Shown one piece after another: positions 40,224-50,813 of a DNA stretch of 64,000 nucleotides. Each line of letters begins with the position of its first letter. Within the stretch, counting starts at the first letter, position 1. Source of the DNA: an uncultured Candidatus Saccharibacteria bacterium. GTDB taxonomy: Bacteria > Patescibacteriota > Minisyncoccia > Phycocordibacterales > JAACPR01. The position numbers were made by a program, and so were the translations under genes. The notes beneath the pieces are model-generated. The model saw only the letters and a list, made by a program, of their open reading frames with translations. It had not been told where the DNA came from and searched no databases. Location: the NCBI GenBank assembly GCA_964538855.1, contig CAZIEY010000001.1:18811-82810 (forward strand), given 5' to 3'.

Positions 40224-40973
40224 TTACTTTTCCTTCCTCGTCTCCAACACCCGCGTCATACAATACGCACAATGTTCGCACGTTTTGCTGCGCGCCGGAA
40301 TTTTTGGAGAGTCCAATAGTTTTTTAATATCGACGATTATTGCTTCAACCCAATCAGGATTACCTGTGTACGGATGAAGTGTCAATTCAAAATCGAGCCG
40401 CTCTGCGAATTCATCTCGATTCACGAGCGCGTTTGCATACACAAAATATCCGGTGTCGGCGACCTTGAAACCTTTTTGTCGCAACAACCATTGATAAATT
40501 TCCATTTGGCGTTTGTAGCCGTCTTTCCAGGTGTCGTCCATATTAACCCCCTCTTCTTTGCTGGTGGCTTTGTAATCCACGATGATGAGCTCGCCCGCGG
40601 GATTCACCCACAAATCATCGACTGCGCCCGACACGACCAAGCCGGTCGGTTTATGCACAATTTGCACGCCTTCGAAATTTTCGCGCCACGTCGCCAATTC
40701 TTTGTGAGCAAATGGTACTGCATCGACACCGTGCTCAACCATTATTGGATGAGGTTTTTGCGCCGCGCGATATGTATCGAATTCTTTTTTCAATAACATG
40801 TCGACAGCATTGTTGATATTAAACGGAGGCATCGACGGACGGCGAATTCCCATTTTATTATCCAAATAGAAACAGCGCGGACATTCCAAAAACATCGCGA
40901 TTTTCGAGCGACTCAATTTCCAATTCGAACCGCCATAATTCCAGCCGGGGTGGCGCTTTTTGTATTCTTGCAT
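40224..40973 (-). CDS. PD-(D/E)XK nuclease superfamily protein, Cas4-like, with a four-Cys cluster
   Basis: N-terminal CPRCFY and C-terminal CEHCAYC Cys pairs, as in Cas4/AddB Fe-S nucleases. IVDYK fits D-x(n)-(D/E)xK. Confidence 0.65.
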   Translation of the reverse strand: MQEYKKRHPGWNYGGSNWKLSRSKIAMFLECPRCFYLDNKMGIRRPSMPPFNINNAVDMLLKKEFDTYRAAQKPHPIMVEHGVDAVPFAHKELATWRENFEGVQIVHKPTGLVVSGAVDDLWVNPAGELIIVDYKATSKEEGVNMDDTWKDGYKRQMEIYQWLLRQKGFKVADTGYFVYANALVNRDEFAERLDFELTLHPYTGNPDWVEAIIVDIKKLLDSPKIPARSKTCEHCAYCMTRVLETRKEK

Positions 40974-40980
40974 GCAGATA

Positions 40981-42126
40981 TTATATCATCAATCTTTTGT
41001 AAATTTGATTGACGAGACGTAGGGCATTCACCGCACTTGCGACCTGTGTACCTGCTCCTCCAATCATCGCGGTATGTGTACCAATTTTTAAGATTGGTAA
41101 TGTTTTGTTAGAAAGCGAATATGGAGCAGACCAACCATACTCAAAATCAATTTCTTGACCGAAAATTTTATCAGCGTATTTCTGAATACTGTGCATATGT
41201 CTTTCTTTGTGTGACATATCATAATTTCTGGAAGTAGTTTTAATGTCTCCAAACCCCATTAATAAACGAAAATCTTTGGTTATTTTTGAATAATAGAAAT
41301 CATGATCTGGATTATTATCGCTCACAAGCATATCCTTATCCGACATGTGGTGAGCTTTCCAGAAATTTTGATGGTATGGTTTTGAAATACAAATTGTTGT
41401 AACGTAATTTTCTAAATTTTTGTCTTTTTGGAAAACTCCGCTCGCGTCGATAATAAAATTACTTGTAACTGAACCAGATTCCGTTACAATCACTTTACCC
41501 TTTTGATTAACAACTGGTGTTTTTTCAAAAATTCGCACACCTTGTTCGCGCAACACATCAGCTAATCCCTGCGCAAAAGCGAGCGGATTCACCGATAATC
41601 CCTTATTTAACAATTCAACTTCTTTTACGTGCTGCAATCGAATTTCATTACGTGCTTGTACAGGAGACAAAATAGCAGATTTGATATGCAATTCTTTCCT
41701 CAATTTATAATCATGCAATTCTGACATCCGCCAATTAAAACCTTCGCCTATTGCCAAAAAATCTTGCCACTCAGGATCACAATCTATTTTATGTTTTTGA
41801 ATAATAGTCGAAATTTGTTGCAACATCTGAACATTCTCTTTCATATATTGCTGTGCCTCCGTAATACCAAGCATATCGATGAGGTTTTGCCATGACGCAG
41901 TTTCGATATCAGAAACCAACATTCCCGCAGAATGTCCGGTAGACCCCGAACCAACAATATTTCTTTCTAGGATTACAATATCTTTAACACCCTTTTCCCA
42001 TAAAAAATATGCGGCAGACAAACCGGATATGCCACCACCAATAATAACCACATTTGCTGATACAGCTTGTTTCAGGACTGGACCGATTTTATAAGATGGA
42101 TTTTTCCAAAAGACTTCGTGCTTCAT
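40981..42126 (-). CDS. FAD-dependent oxidoreductase (DAO family)
   Basis: N-terminal VVIIGGGISGLSAA Rossmann motif. Length 381 aa. Confidence 0.75.
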   Translation of the reverse strand: MKHEVFWKNPSYKIGPVLKQAVSANVVIIGGGISGLSAAYFLWEKGVKDIVILERNIVGSGSTGHSAGMLVSDIETASWQNLIDMLGITEAQQYMKENVQMLQQISTIIQKHKIDCDPEWQDFLAIGEGFNWRMSELHDYKLRKELHIKSAILSPVQARNEIRLQHVKEVELLNKGLSVNPLAFAQGLADVLREQGVRIFEKTPVVNQKGKVIVTESGSVTSNFIIDASGVFQKDKNLENYVTTICISKPYHQNFWKAHHMSDKDMLVSDNNPDHDFYYSKITKDFRLLMGFGDIKTTSRNYDMSHKERHMHSIQKYADKIFGQEIDFEYGWSAPYSLSNKTLPILKIGTHTAMIGGAGTQVASAVNALRLVNQIYKRLMI

Positions 42127-42135
42127 ATTGACATA

Positions 42136-43488
42136 TTATAACCCATTCACCGCATTTTTGAACGCGCGACCTACTTCCTCGAAGTTTTTCATATGAAAGA
42201 CGTGACCGCCACCTGGAGACAACAACACAACGTCGCCATCCGTGGCAATTGCACGAACGCGTTGCATTACATCATAAAAGTTTTGAACACGTGATGTTTC
42301 AATATCGTGTGCATCAGCGACTTTTTTAATACGCTCTAAAGTGGATTCGTAACCTTCTAATAAAATAACGTGTTTGACGTATTGATTGAAATGGTCGGAG
42401 ACTGAATTAAAAGTTCCACCTTTGTCAGAGCCGCCAGCAAGCAATACAATATTTTTATGATCACCGAGAGCTTCGAGAGCCACACGCATTGCATCAGCGC
42501 TTGTTGATTTAGAATCGTTGATGTAACGTACACCATTCAATTCCCTGACAAATTCAAGACGATGTTCGAGTCCTGCATAGGTACGAATCGCTTCTACAAT
42601 CTGACTATCGATCTTGATGTTAAGTTTTTTGAGGACTTCAACCACCATCGCAATGTTATATAAATTATGTTCACCTTTGAGGGCGCGTCGTGTCGGATCA
42701 ATAAATTGCTGTGCCTCGCTGGATAAGTCAGAGAGTGAGATTGCTTGGACCATCTTTTTATTTACTTTCGGAAGAATATATTTCTGCGTACCTGCATCAT
42801 CTGCAACCAAAATCAAGTTCGTTTTATCAGGATGTGCGATCTTTAATTTCGCATCGGCATACAATTGCATCTTGCCCTCGTATCGATCAAGGTGATTTTC
42901 TGTGAGATTTGTGATAACAGCAATACCGACGTAATCATCATTCTTAAAAAGCTCTAACTGATAACTGGAGAGTTCAGAAATAACTATTGTTCCATCCTGA
43001 TGTTCTCTGAGCAAATCAGCGAGCGGAGAATTTCCAATATTACCAACTAAAATATTTGGTTGGCCAATCGTATTTAACACGTGATGAAGGAGTGACACAG
43101 TTGTACTTTTTCCATTTGAACCAGTCACGCCAACAATCGGACCAATTTTGCGCCACTCTTTCAAAAAATAGGTGATGTCGTTATGCACCATAATGTTGTT
43201 TTTCAAAGCGGCCTGAATTGAAGGGTGTGTAATTGGACACCCAGGACTCGCCATGACCATTTCGAAATCAGAAATATTTTCAATTACATCAGATCCGAAA
43301 TGTATAGTAACTCCTGGCAACCTAAAAAAACCCGTCAAAATGTTTTTGGAAAAAGCCTCTTCGGCCTGCCTTTCAAAGACATGAATTTCTTTGACGCCGA
43401 TTTGAGAAAAGTATCGAATTGCCGCTTGTCCCGTAATTCCAAAACCGAGAATCGCGATTTTATTATATTTTATCTGCGTATCTCTCAT
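42136..43488 (-). CDS. murD: UDP-N-acetylmuramoyl-L-alanine--D-glutamate ligase
   Basis: Mur ligase P-loop GSNGKSTT with a MurD-like N-terminus. Confidence 0.88.
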   Translation of the reverse strand: MRDTQIKYNKIAILGFGITGQAAIRYFSQIGVKEIHVFERQAEEAFSKNILTGFFRLPGVTIHFGSDVIENISDFEMVMASPGCPITHPSIQAALKNNIMVHNDITYFLKEWRKIGPIVGVTGSNGKSTTVSLLHHVLNTIGQPNILVGNIGNSPLADLLREHQDGTIVISELSSYQLELFKNDDYVGIAVITNLTENHLDRYEGKMQLYADAKLKIAHPDKTNLILVADDAGTQKYILPKVNKKMVQAISLSDLSSEAQQFIDPTRRALKGEHNLYNIAMVVEVLKKLNIKIDSQIVEAIRTYAGLEHRLEFVRELNGVRYINDSKSTSADAMRVALEALGDHKNIVLLAGGSDKGGTFNSVSDHFNQYVKHVILLEGYESTLERIKKVADAHDIETSRVQNFYDVMQRVRAIATDGDVVLLSPGGGHVFHMKNFEEVGRAFKNAVNGL

Positions 43489-43508
43489 AGTTTATTTATT
43501 ATACACAA

Positions 43509-44249
43509 TTACTTGTCTGAAATCCTGGTCCGTTTTAGTTTATAAAGGCAGGCAGGAATTTTGAGTTTCATTCCTAATTCATGGGCCAAACCGCGAATAT
43601 AAGTACCAGATGAAACATGGAATTGCACACGGGCAATCAAAAAATTATGACCTCTCAAATTATTCAATAGTCGTTCCCATTCGGCTACAATTTCACCTTG
43701 TCTAAAATCACCACGTACCAGCAAAATACTAGATTTGATATAACCAAGCACATCATCCGCCGAAATTGATTCAAGTGCAATTAATTTCACCTTTTTGATT
43801 GCAATTTTTCTTTTAGGCAAAGTGATTTGATCGATTTGACCGGATTTCTTCCATTCAAAAAGCGGACGACCTTGCACGGTCTTTGAGGAAAATTCTGGAT
43901 AGACCTGTGTTTTCTTTTTGAGAAATCCCGTTACAATAGTTTTAATCTTTTTCTGTTGGGCCGCTGTTATCGCACTGTCTTTATGATCAATTACGAGACC
44001 AAGCATATCGTGCGTATCAGTAGCAAAACCCAATAGAATGTCCGCCTCGTATTCTTTATCAAAACCAAGATATTTTTGGCGATTTTTATTTTCTTCTTCA
44101 CCGATCAAGATAAGCATTTCACCCTCAGCCATAGGATCAAGACGTCCGGCGTATGACATTACTTCGCCTTGTAATTTTGGATTATCGCGGCGGATTTCGT
44201 CAATGACGTCGAGCGGTGTTTGTCCGACCTGTTTATACACTTTGAGCAT
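43509..44249 (-). CDS. truB: tRNA pseudouridine(55) synthase
   Basis: GRLDPMAEG carries the catalytic Asp motif. The start is set at the ATG at 44249 (MLKVYKQ), with TACACT 6 nt upstream. The track ORF extends to 44297. Confidence 0.85.
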   Translation of the reverse strand: MLKVYKQVGQTPLDVIDEIRRDNPKLQGEVMSYAGRLDPMAEGEMLILIGEEENKNRQKYLGFDKEYEADILLGFATDTHDMLGLVIDHKDSAITAAQQKKIKTIVTGFLKKKTQVYPEFSSKTVQGRPLFEWKKSGQIDQITLPKRKIAIKKVKLIALESISADDVLGYIKSSILLVRGDFRQGEIVAEWERLLNNLRGHNFLIARVQFHVSSGTYIRGLAHELGMKLKIPACLYKLKRTRISDK

Positions 44250-44375
44250 GAGTCGAGTGTAAACGTAACAGAGCAAAATAGCAAGCCGAATCTTCATGTT
44301 TTCTTTAGGACTTCTTCATTATTTCTTGATACTTTTTTAAATGGTTCTTCATAACGAATCCGTATACTATGTGGC

Positions 44376-45746
44376 ATGTATAAAAAAATATTTTTTGTAG
44401 GGGTTGGTGGAAAGGGCTTAAACGGTATCGCAAAAATTTGTCTTGAGCAAGGTTTCGAAGTCAGTGGTGTTGACACAAATCCAAAACCAGAAACAGTAGA
44501 ATTGGAAAATTCAGGTGCAAAAATATATTACACGCACAGCGCTAACAATATTTCGGCGGATGTTGATTTAGTGGTATATTCGTCAATCACTCACAACGCT
44601 CCTGAAATCAAACGAGCCAAAGAAATAGGAATTCATATCATGAAACGTTCCCGATTTCTCGCATTCATCACGCGCGAAAGTTTCAGAATATGCGTGTGTG
44701 GTAGTCATGGCAAAAGCACCACCACAGCCCTTCTCGGAATTGGTGCAATGCGTGGCGGTGTCGACGCCACTATTTTTGGAGGAGCTTATACCCGCGAATT
44801 TGCTGGGTACAATCACCTCGGAAAATCTTCATACGCCATCATCGAAGCATGTGAGTACGACAGATCTTTTCATGATTTCATCGGCGACACCACTATTGTT
44901 ACTTCAGTTGAAAAAAGTCACCTTGAATATTACAAAAACGAGCGCGAAATGATCGATTCATTCAAACATTTTATTTCGCAACACAAACCAACCGCACTTG
45001 TAATTGCAAATGGCGACAGTCTGAAAGTGCGTGAAGTTACAGGAGTTGCACAATGCCCCGTGCTTTATTTCGGATTCAATCAGGCCAATCACTACGCAAT
45101 TTGTGATGTGCGAAAAAATGAACACGAATCCATATTTTCTATCATATTCAACGGAAAAATAATTATCGAGAATATGCACATTAAAATTCCTGGTGACTAC
45201 AACATATTAAACTATGTCGCGGTGGTAGCAACGCTACATCAACTTGGTATTCCACTCCATGGAATCATCGAAACTGCAGCGGAATTCACTGGAGTCGCGA
45301 GAAGATTTGAAATTAAAACCGCTCCGAGCGGACAAATCTTCATTGACGATTTTGCCCATCATCCAACCCAAGTCAAAAACTTTTTCTACGGCGTTCGGCA
45401 ATTTTATCCAAAAAAACCAGTCTGTGCAGTATTCCAACCTCGGCAGTTTAATCTCATTAAAAATTTCCTGCGAGAATATGGATCAGCATTTGACTTGGCA
45501 GATGAAATAATTTTGACTGATATCTTGCCGGCACTCAATGACACCCCCAAAGATGTTGCGAGTCTCACCACGACCGACGTCGCCAATTCCATAAAAGTCT
45601 ATTCGCGTAAACCCGTAAAAATGATAAATAGTTTTGAGGAAATCAGCGCATATATTCAGAAAAAATATGGTCCGGACTCTATAATTGCTACAATTGGTGC
45701 AGGAAACGTCTATAAAGTGCGGGATATGATGTTACAAAAAAACTAA
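44376..45746 (+). CDS. murC: UDP-N-acetylmuramate--L-alanine ligase
   Basis: FFVGVGGKGLNGIA and GSHGKSTTT. Leaderless, with TATACT 7 nt before the ATG. Confidence 0.9.
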   Translation: MYKKIFFVGVGGKGLNGIAKICLEQGFEVSGVDTNPKPETVELENSGAKIYYTHSANNISADVDLVVYSSITHNAPEIKRAKEIGIHIMKRSRFLAFITRESFRICVCGSHGKSTTTALLGIGAMRGGVDATIFGGAYTREFAGYNHLGKSSYAIIEACEYDRSFHDFIGDTTIVTSVEKSHLEYYKNEREMIDSFKHFISQHKPTALVIANGDSLKVREVTGVAQCPVLYFGFNQANHYAICDVRKNEHESIFSIIFNGKIIIENMHIKIPGDYNILNYVAVVATLHQLGIPLHGIIETAAEFTGVARRFEIKTAPSGQIFIDDFAHHPTQVKNFFYGVRQFYPKKPVCAVFQPRQFNLIKNFLREYGSAFDLADEIILTDILPALNDTPKDVASLTTTDVANSIKVYSRKPVKMINSFEEISAYIQKKYGPDSIIATIGAGNVYKVRDMMLQKN

Positions 45747-45747
45747 T

Positions 45748-46242
45748 ATGTATTATCTACTCAACATTGCAAAATGGCTTCGCAAAATATGGTTGTATAA
45801 AATTCTTAAACGTCACACTCATGGTGTACGTGTAATTCTGCGCGATGGTGAAAAGATTCTTCTTGTAAAACACCCTTACGATAATTTTTGGGTATTCCCA
45901 GGAGGTATGGTGGAAGAAAATGAACAAGCCGACGTGGCCGCGCGGCGCGAAGTTCAGGAAGAAACCCCGTACATCATTTCCGGTGAAATGAAGTTATTCG
46001 GTTATTACGCAAATCATACTGGCGGAAAAAATGATTCCATCACCCTGTATCTCGCAGAAGAGTACAAACCTCAGGACATGAAAAAGCGCAAAAAATCTCA
46101 ACGAATCATCGACAAAATCGAGATCCAAAAATGTCAGTGGTTTCATCTACATCAACTACCAACAATTTCGACTGCAACTCAAAAAAGAGTTGACGAGCTC
46201 TTGCGTCACGAAATTTCATCTATACCGAGAGAATGGGCCTAA
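45748..46242 (+). CDS. NUDIX hydrolase
   Basis: Nudix box GGMVEENEQADVAARREVQEETP. Confidence 0.8.
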   Translation: MYYLLNIAKWLRKIWLYKILKRHTHGVRVILRDGEKILLVKHPYDNFWVFPGGMVEENEQADVAARREVQEETPYIISGEMKLFGYYANHTGGKNDSITLYLAEEYKPQDMKKRKKSQRIIDKIEIQKCQWFHLHQLPTISTATQKRVDELLRHEISSIPREWA

Positions 46243-48029
46243 GCCTTGGCTCCCGCTTTCTTTCGATCGGATTCCTTAAGTAATTTCTTTCGCAAACGAA
46301 CCTGAGTTGGAGTAATTTCCAAATATTCATCTTCGTTCATCATACCCATCGCTCGTTCCAAAGTGAGATCGAAGTGTGGAGTAAGCATAATACATCCATC
46401 AGAACCAGAAGCTCGCATGTTTGTTAACTGCTTACCTTTTGTTGGGTTAACTGTCATGTCGTCACCCTTTACTGTATACCCAATTACCATACCTTCGTAG
46501 ACCTGCGTCGTTGGTGGAATATATAAAACTCCGCGGTTTTGTAAGTTATCGAGTGAGAACGCGAGTGCTTTTCCGTCGGCCATAGAAATCATAGAACCAT
46601 ATTCAGTCTTTTTCACTGGACCAGCGTATGGCATAAAATCATGGAACACAGTTGTCATAATTCCCTCACCTTTTGTATCAACTACGAATTCATTTCGATA
46701 ACCAATGAGACCTCGAGTCGGCACAAGCATCGTGATTTTCTGATTCACGTTTTCTTGCGCCATATTTGTGATAATACCTTTTCGATTACCAAGTTTCGCA
46801 ATGACGCTTCCAGCAAATTCGTCTGGCACAATCAAAGTTACTTCTTCGAAAGGTTCCATTTTCACCCCGTTAACTTCTTTAACGATAACTTCTGGTTGAG
46901 AAACGGCAAGTTCAAATCCTTCACGTCGCATATTTTCAATCAAAATTGCGAGGTGCAATTCACCGCGACCGTACACCTTGAAATACGAACCGGCGCTGAG
47001 ATCGATTTTGAGACCGACGTTAATTTCGAGCTCTTTTTCCAATCGCTCGCGAATTTGTCGAGATGTCAAAAACTTTCCCTCTTTCCCACCAAACGGCGAG
47101 TCGTTTACATACATGTTCAATGACATTGTAGGTTCGTCGACGTGAATCGAAGGTAACGCTTCTGTTGCTTCGTTATCAACCAAAGTTTGACCGATATAAA
47201 TTTCAGGAATTCCAGCGATCAAAACGATGTCACCAGTAAACGCCTCATCAACGTCTTTTCTAGAGAGACCTTCGAATGTAGAAAGTTTCGTCAATTTTCC
47301 AGAGAAAGTTTTTCCATCAGGAGTTTTTACGAATAAATTTTGCCCAGCTTTAATCGAACCAGAATAAATTCGGCAAATACCCATACGACCGAGGAAGTTG
47401 TCGAACGCAAGATTGAATACCTGTGCGGTGAGTGGCATGTTTTTCTTTTTCTCCTCAGACGCCTGTGGAACTTTTTCCAAAACCAAATCCAAGAGTGGTG
47501 ACAAATCTTTGAATTCGTCTTCCATTTTTCGTTTCGCGACACCTTGTCGGCCAATCGCATAAATAGTTTCGAAATTTAATTGTTCGTCATTTGCACCGAG
47601 GTTAAAGAATAATTCGTACACTTCGTCATGTGCGCGTTTGACATCAGCACCCGGCTTGTCGATTTTATTGAGCACAAGAATTGGTTTAAGACCAAGTTCG
47701 AGCGACTTCTTCAAAACGAATTTAGTTTGTGGCATTGGACCCTCAGACGCATCAACAATCAAAAGTACAGAGTCAATCGAACGCAAAACTCGCTCTACTT
47801 CGGAACCGAAATCGGCGTGACCTGGCGTATCCAAAATATTAATTTTAGTGCCTTTGTAAAACACTGAAGTGTTTTTCGCATAAATAGTAATGCCTCGCTC
47901 TTTTTCGAGGTCGTTACTGTCCATTGAGACATCTTCGTGCACCATTCCCGTTTGTTTGAGAATTGCGTCAGTCAAAGTTGTCTTTCCATGGTCAACGTGT
48001 GCAATGATTGCAATATTTCTGATTTCCAT
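46239..48029 (-). CDS. typA: Translational GTPase TypA/BipA
   Basis: AIIAHVDHGKTTL and DTPGHADF GTPase motifs. Length 596 aa. Confidence 0.93.
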   Translation of the reverse strand: MEIRNIAIIAHVDHGKTTLTDAILKQTGMVHEDVSMDSNDLEKERGITIYAKNTSVFYKGTKINILDTPGHADFGSEVERVLRSIDSVLLIVDASEGPMPQTKFVLKKSLELGLKPILVLNKIDKPGADVKRAHDEVYELFFNLGANDEQLNFETIYAIGRQGVAKRKMEDEFKDLSPLLDLVLEKVPQASEEKKKNMPLTAQVFNLAFDNFLGRMGICRIYSGSIKAGQNLFVKTPDGKTFSGKLTKLSTFEGLSRKDVDEAFTGDIVLIAGIPEIYIGQTLVDNEATEALPSIHVDEPTMSLNMYVNDSPFGGKEGKFLTSRQIRERLEKELEINVGLKIDLSAGSYFKVYGRGELHLAILIENMRREGFELAVSQPEVIVKEVNGVKMEPFEEVTLIVPDEFAGSVIAKLGNRKGIITNMAQENVNQKITMLVPTRGLIGYRNEFVVDTKGEGIMTTVFHDFMPYAGPVKKTEYGSMISMADGKALAFSLDNLQNRGVLYIPPTTQVYEGMVIGYTVKGDDMTVNPTKGKQLTNMRASGSDGCIMLTPHFDLTLERAMGMMNEDEYLEITPTQVRLRKKLLKESDRKKAGAKA

Positions 48030-48053
48030 AAATGTCGTGAATTAATTTCTGAA

Positions 48054-49670
48054 TTATTTTTGATTGATAAATGTGAGAGCCTTACCTTTTTTGTTACCGC
48101 GACCTGTTCGACCAATTCGATGAACGTAATCATCGTAACTTTCTGGGATGTCAAAGTTTATCACATGTGAGACGTTTGGAATATCGAGTCCGCGCGCAGC
48201 AACGTCAGTTGCAACTAAAATCTTTGCATTATGCTCTTTGAAAGCTCGCAATGATCGCTGTCGTTGGCTATGTGATTTATCACCGTGAATCGATTCGGCT
48301 TTGAAACCTCGTCGCACCAAATCGCGCGACAAATTTTCCACACCATGCTTTGTACGGCCGAAAATAATGACTTTTTCGAAATCCGGTTGAATGAGCAAGT
48401 TATGAAGCGTGTCGATTTTATCTTCTTTTGTATTAAATCGAACCACGTCCTGATCGACATTTTTAGAAGTGTCTCCTGTTTTTACAGAAATTGAAATTGG
48501 ATTCTTTAAGAAATCTCCAATCAATTTTTGAATTTCTGGAGACATAGTTGCAGAGAAAAACAATGTTTGTCGTTCCTTTGCCATGAGTCCCATGACATAT
48601 CGCATATCATTGATGAATCCCATGTCTAACATGCGGTCAGCTTCGTCAAGAACTACGCTTTTGAATTTCGCGAGATTAATTCGTTTTCGTTCAATCAAGT
48701 CCTTCAAACGACCCGGTGTTCCAATAATAAAATGATGATGCTTTCGTAATTGTGAAATTTGCAAACCAATTCCCATACCACCCACACAAACGACTGAATG
48801 AATGTAGAGGCCTTTTGTAAATCCTCGCAACTCTTCTTCAATTTGAATCGCAAGTTCACGAGTCGGAACAATAATCAAAACTTGTTCGCGGGGATCAAGC
48901 ATGATTTTGTTAATCAGCGGAATCAAAAATGCACCAGTTTTTCCTGTACCAGTGTTTGCGATTCCGACAACATCTGCACCCTTCAAGATGTGCGGGATCG
49001 TCTTGTCTTGAATTGGAGTTGGTGTCTCATAACCTTTTGCAATAATCGCCTCTTTCAGTTTTGGTGTAACCAAAAAATCCGCAAATTTGTGTTCTGGAAC
49101 GAATTTTTCAACAATCAAAGTTTCGACTGCCTTATTAATGAAACGATTGATGTTAATTTTTTCACCTGGATTTGGTCGGCCGTTTTTTCCACCACGTCCA
49201 ATCCCTCCTCGATTACCTCCTCGGCCACGTCCGCCTGAAAATCCGCCACGTGATGCACCGCCACTAAAACCTCCGGCAAAACCGCCACGAGAAAATCGAG
49301 GTGCTGATGCCGGTCGTGCGCTATATGTGCTTGGTGCAGACGATGTGCTTCGTGAATAACTTGAACCACCTACTGAACCAGTTGAAGTTGTCGATGATGA
49401 AGAATTTCTCCATCGGAAAGTTGCGCCGCTCGGACGAGGTGTGCTGTATGATGAACTTCGGGCAGATCCGTATGATGAAGATACCGAAGGAGAATACCCG
49501 CCCGCATAGCTTTTTTTAAATGGTGTTACTCGACCACCTGAAGACCGATGTGGTCGACCAGTTGATGAGCCGAATGTACGTCGTGCGCCGCCTCCGTGCG
49601 AAGGACGTGACGAGTGAGATGAAGCACTTCTATTAAACCCACCTCCATGAGAGGCATTATTTATATTCAT
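48054..49670 (-). CDS. DEAD-box ATP-dependent RNA helicase with a ~180-aa N-terminal Ser/Gly/Arg-rich low-complexity extension
   Basis: TGTGKT (motif I), DEAD, SAT and HRIGRTGR. The N-terminus is rich in RGG, SS and GG repeats. Confidence 0.88.
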   Translation of the reverse strand: MNINNASHGGGFNRSASSHSSRPSHGGGARRTFGSSTGRPHRSSGGRVTPFKKSYAGGYSPSVSSSYGSARSSSYSTPRPSGATFRWRNSSSSTTSTGSVGGSSYSRSTSSAPSTYSARPASAPRFSRGGFAGGFSGGASRGGFSGGRGRGGNRGGIGRGGKNGRPNPGEKININRFINKAVETLIVEKFVPEHKFADFLVTPKLKEAIIAKGYETPTPIQDKTIPHILKGADVVGIANTGTGKTGAFLIPLINKIMLDPREQVLIIVPTRELAIQIEEELRGFTKGLYIHSVVCVGGMGIGLQISQLRKHHHFIIGTPGRLKDLIERKRINLAKFKSVVLDEADRMLDMGFINDMRYVMGLMAKERQTLFFSATMSPEIQKLIGDFLKNPISISVKTGDTSKNVDQDVVRFNTKEDKIDTLHNLLIQPDFEKVIIFGRTKHGVENLSRDLVRRGFKAESIHGDKSHSQRQRSLRAFKEHNAKILVATDVAARGLDIPNVSHVINFDIPESYDDYVHRIGRTGRGNKKGKALTFINQK

Positions 49671-49849
49671 ATGTTTGTATATTTAAAGGCAAGAGCCTTG
49701 ATAACTCGTCCGATCTGTTATTAATGATATGCGTATTTCGCACGATCAGTCGTTTCTCCGAGTTTCAAGATCACCTTCTAAATAAGGGCCAAAACCAATG
49801 AGATTTAGTTATTGCTGGTTATAATAGCGCGAAAGAGGTGGTTTGTCAA

Positions 49850-50809
49850 CTAACCCCGTTTTAAGAACTTCCTATTCAACCACAACGTCCCATACCCTAC
49901 CGCAATCACCACAAAGCCAATAAAAATGAGGGCGACTGGCCAACCAATAGAATCCGCAAAATATTCCACAGTCAATTTTCCGATATGAATCATGAGAAAA
50001 AGTGCCGAAAGTAAAAGCACTCCTCGACTCTTCAAAAAGATACTTCCGTAAAAGCCCGCAAACAGTACGGCAATGTAGAGAACATCAAAAAATCCGCCGA
50101 AAGAAATTCCGGCAAGTAAAATAGAGAATGCACCAACTGCATATAAAATACCGGCCACTGCATTATTCTCTACACTAATAACCTCACTGTCTTTTGTAGC
50201 AAAACCACGTGCCATTAAAATATAGGCGGCGCCAGCAACAATCGCGGCCCATTTCAAAATATCTCCATCGAACAGACTCGATTCAAATGTTTTTGCAAGC
50301 ACTGCATAATATGCCCACGACCCGAATCCAACAGTGATAAGCACTAAAATATTTTTCCGAGTTGCCCAATATGCGACTCCATATACAACCGCCAGTATGA
50401 ATGCGAGCACTACATTAGTAGTTAACGACATTGTCATATCTGCCTCGTCGATTAATACCAAAGATCCAATTGGAGCGAGTACTGCCGAAATGAAAAACAT
50501 AACTTGAGACAATTTATTTTGATGCGGAGCGCACAATACAAAACCGGCAACAAATGTTGCAAGTGAAATTCCAAGTGTCACTGCGATGCGACCGACAAAA
50601 CCAATCTCGTTCCAATTCTGAGCAATCAAAATAATCACACCAACAATGGCAATAATGGCGCCAATTGTATACAGCACACTCACCATTTTATGAGGAGCAC
50701 TGTCGATATCTGCGCTAGACGTCGACGTTAGTGCGACTAACTCCGATTTTGTGATCAAGCCTTCCTGTAATTGCTGTTTCAATTCTGCGAGTAATTGTTG
50801 TTTTTCCAT
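49850..50809 (-). CDS. Polytopic membrane protein, DUF2157-like (tentative)
   Basis: 319 aa, about 9 transmembrane segments, with an N-terminal soluble helix. Confidence 0.5.
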   Translation of the reverse strand: MEKQQLLAELKQQLQEGLITKSELVALTSTSSADIDSAPHKMVSVLYTIGAIIAIVGVIILIAQNWNEIGFVGRIAVTLGISLATFVAGFVLCAPHQNKLSQVMFFISAVLAPIGSLVLIDEADMTMSLTTNVVLAFILAVVYGVAYWATRKNILVLITVGFGSWAYYAVLAKTFESSLFDGDILKWAAIVAGAAYILMARGFATKDSEVISVENNAVAGILYAVGAFSILLAGISFGGFFDVLYIAVLFAGFYGSIFLKSRGVLLLSALFLMIHIGKLTVEYFADSIGWPVALIFIGFVVIAVGYGTLWLNRKFLKRG

Positions 50810-50813
50810 GTTG

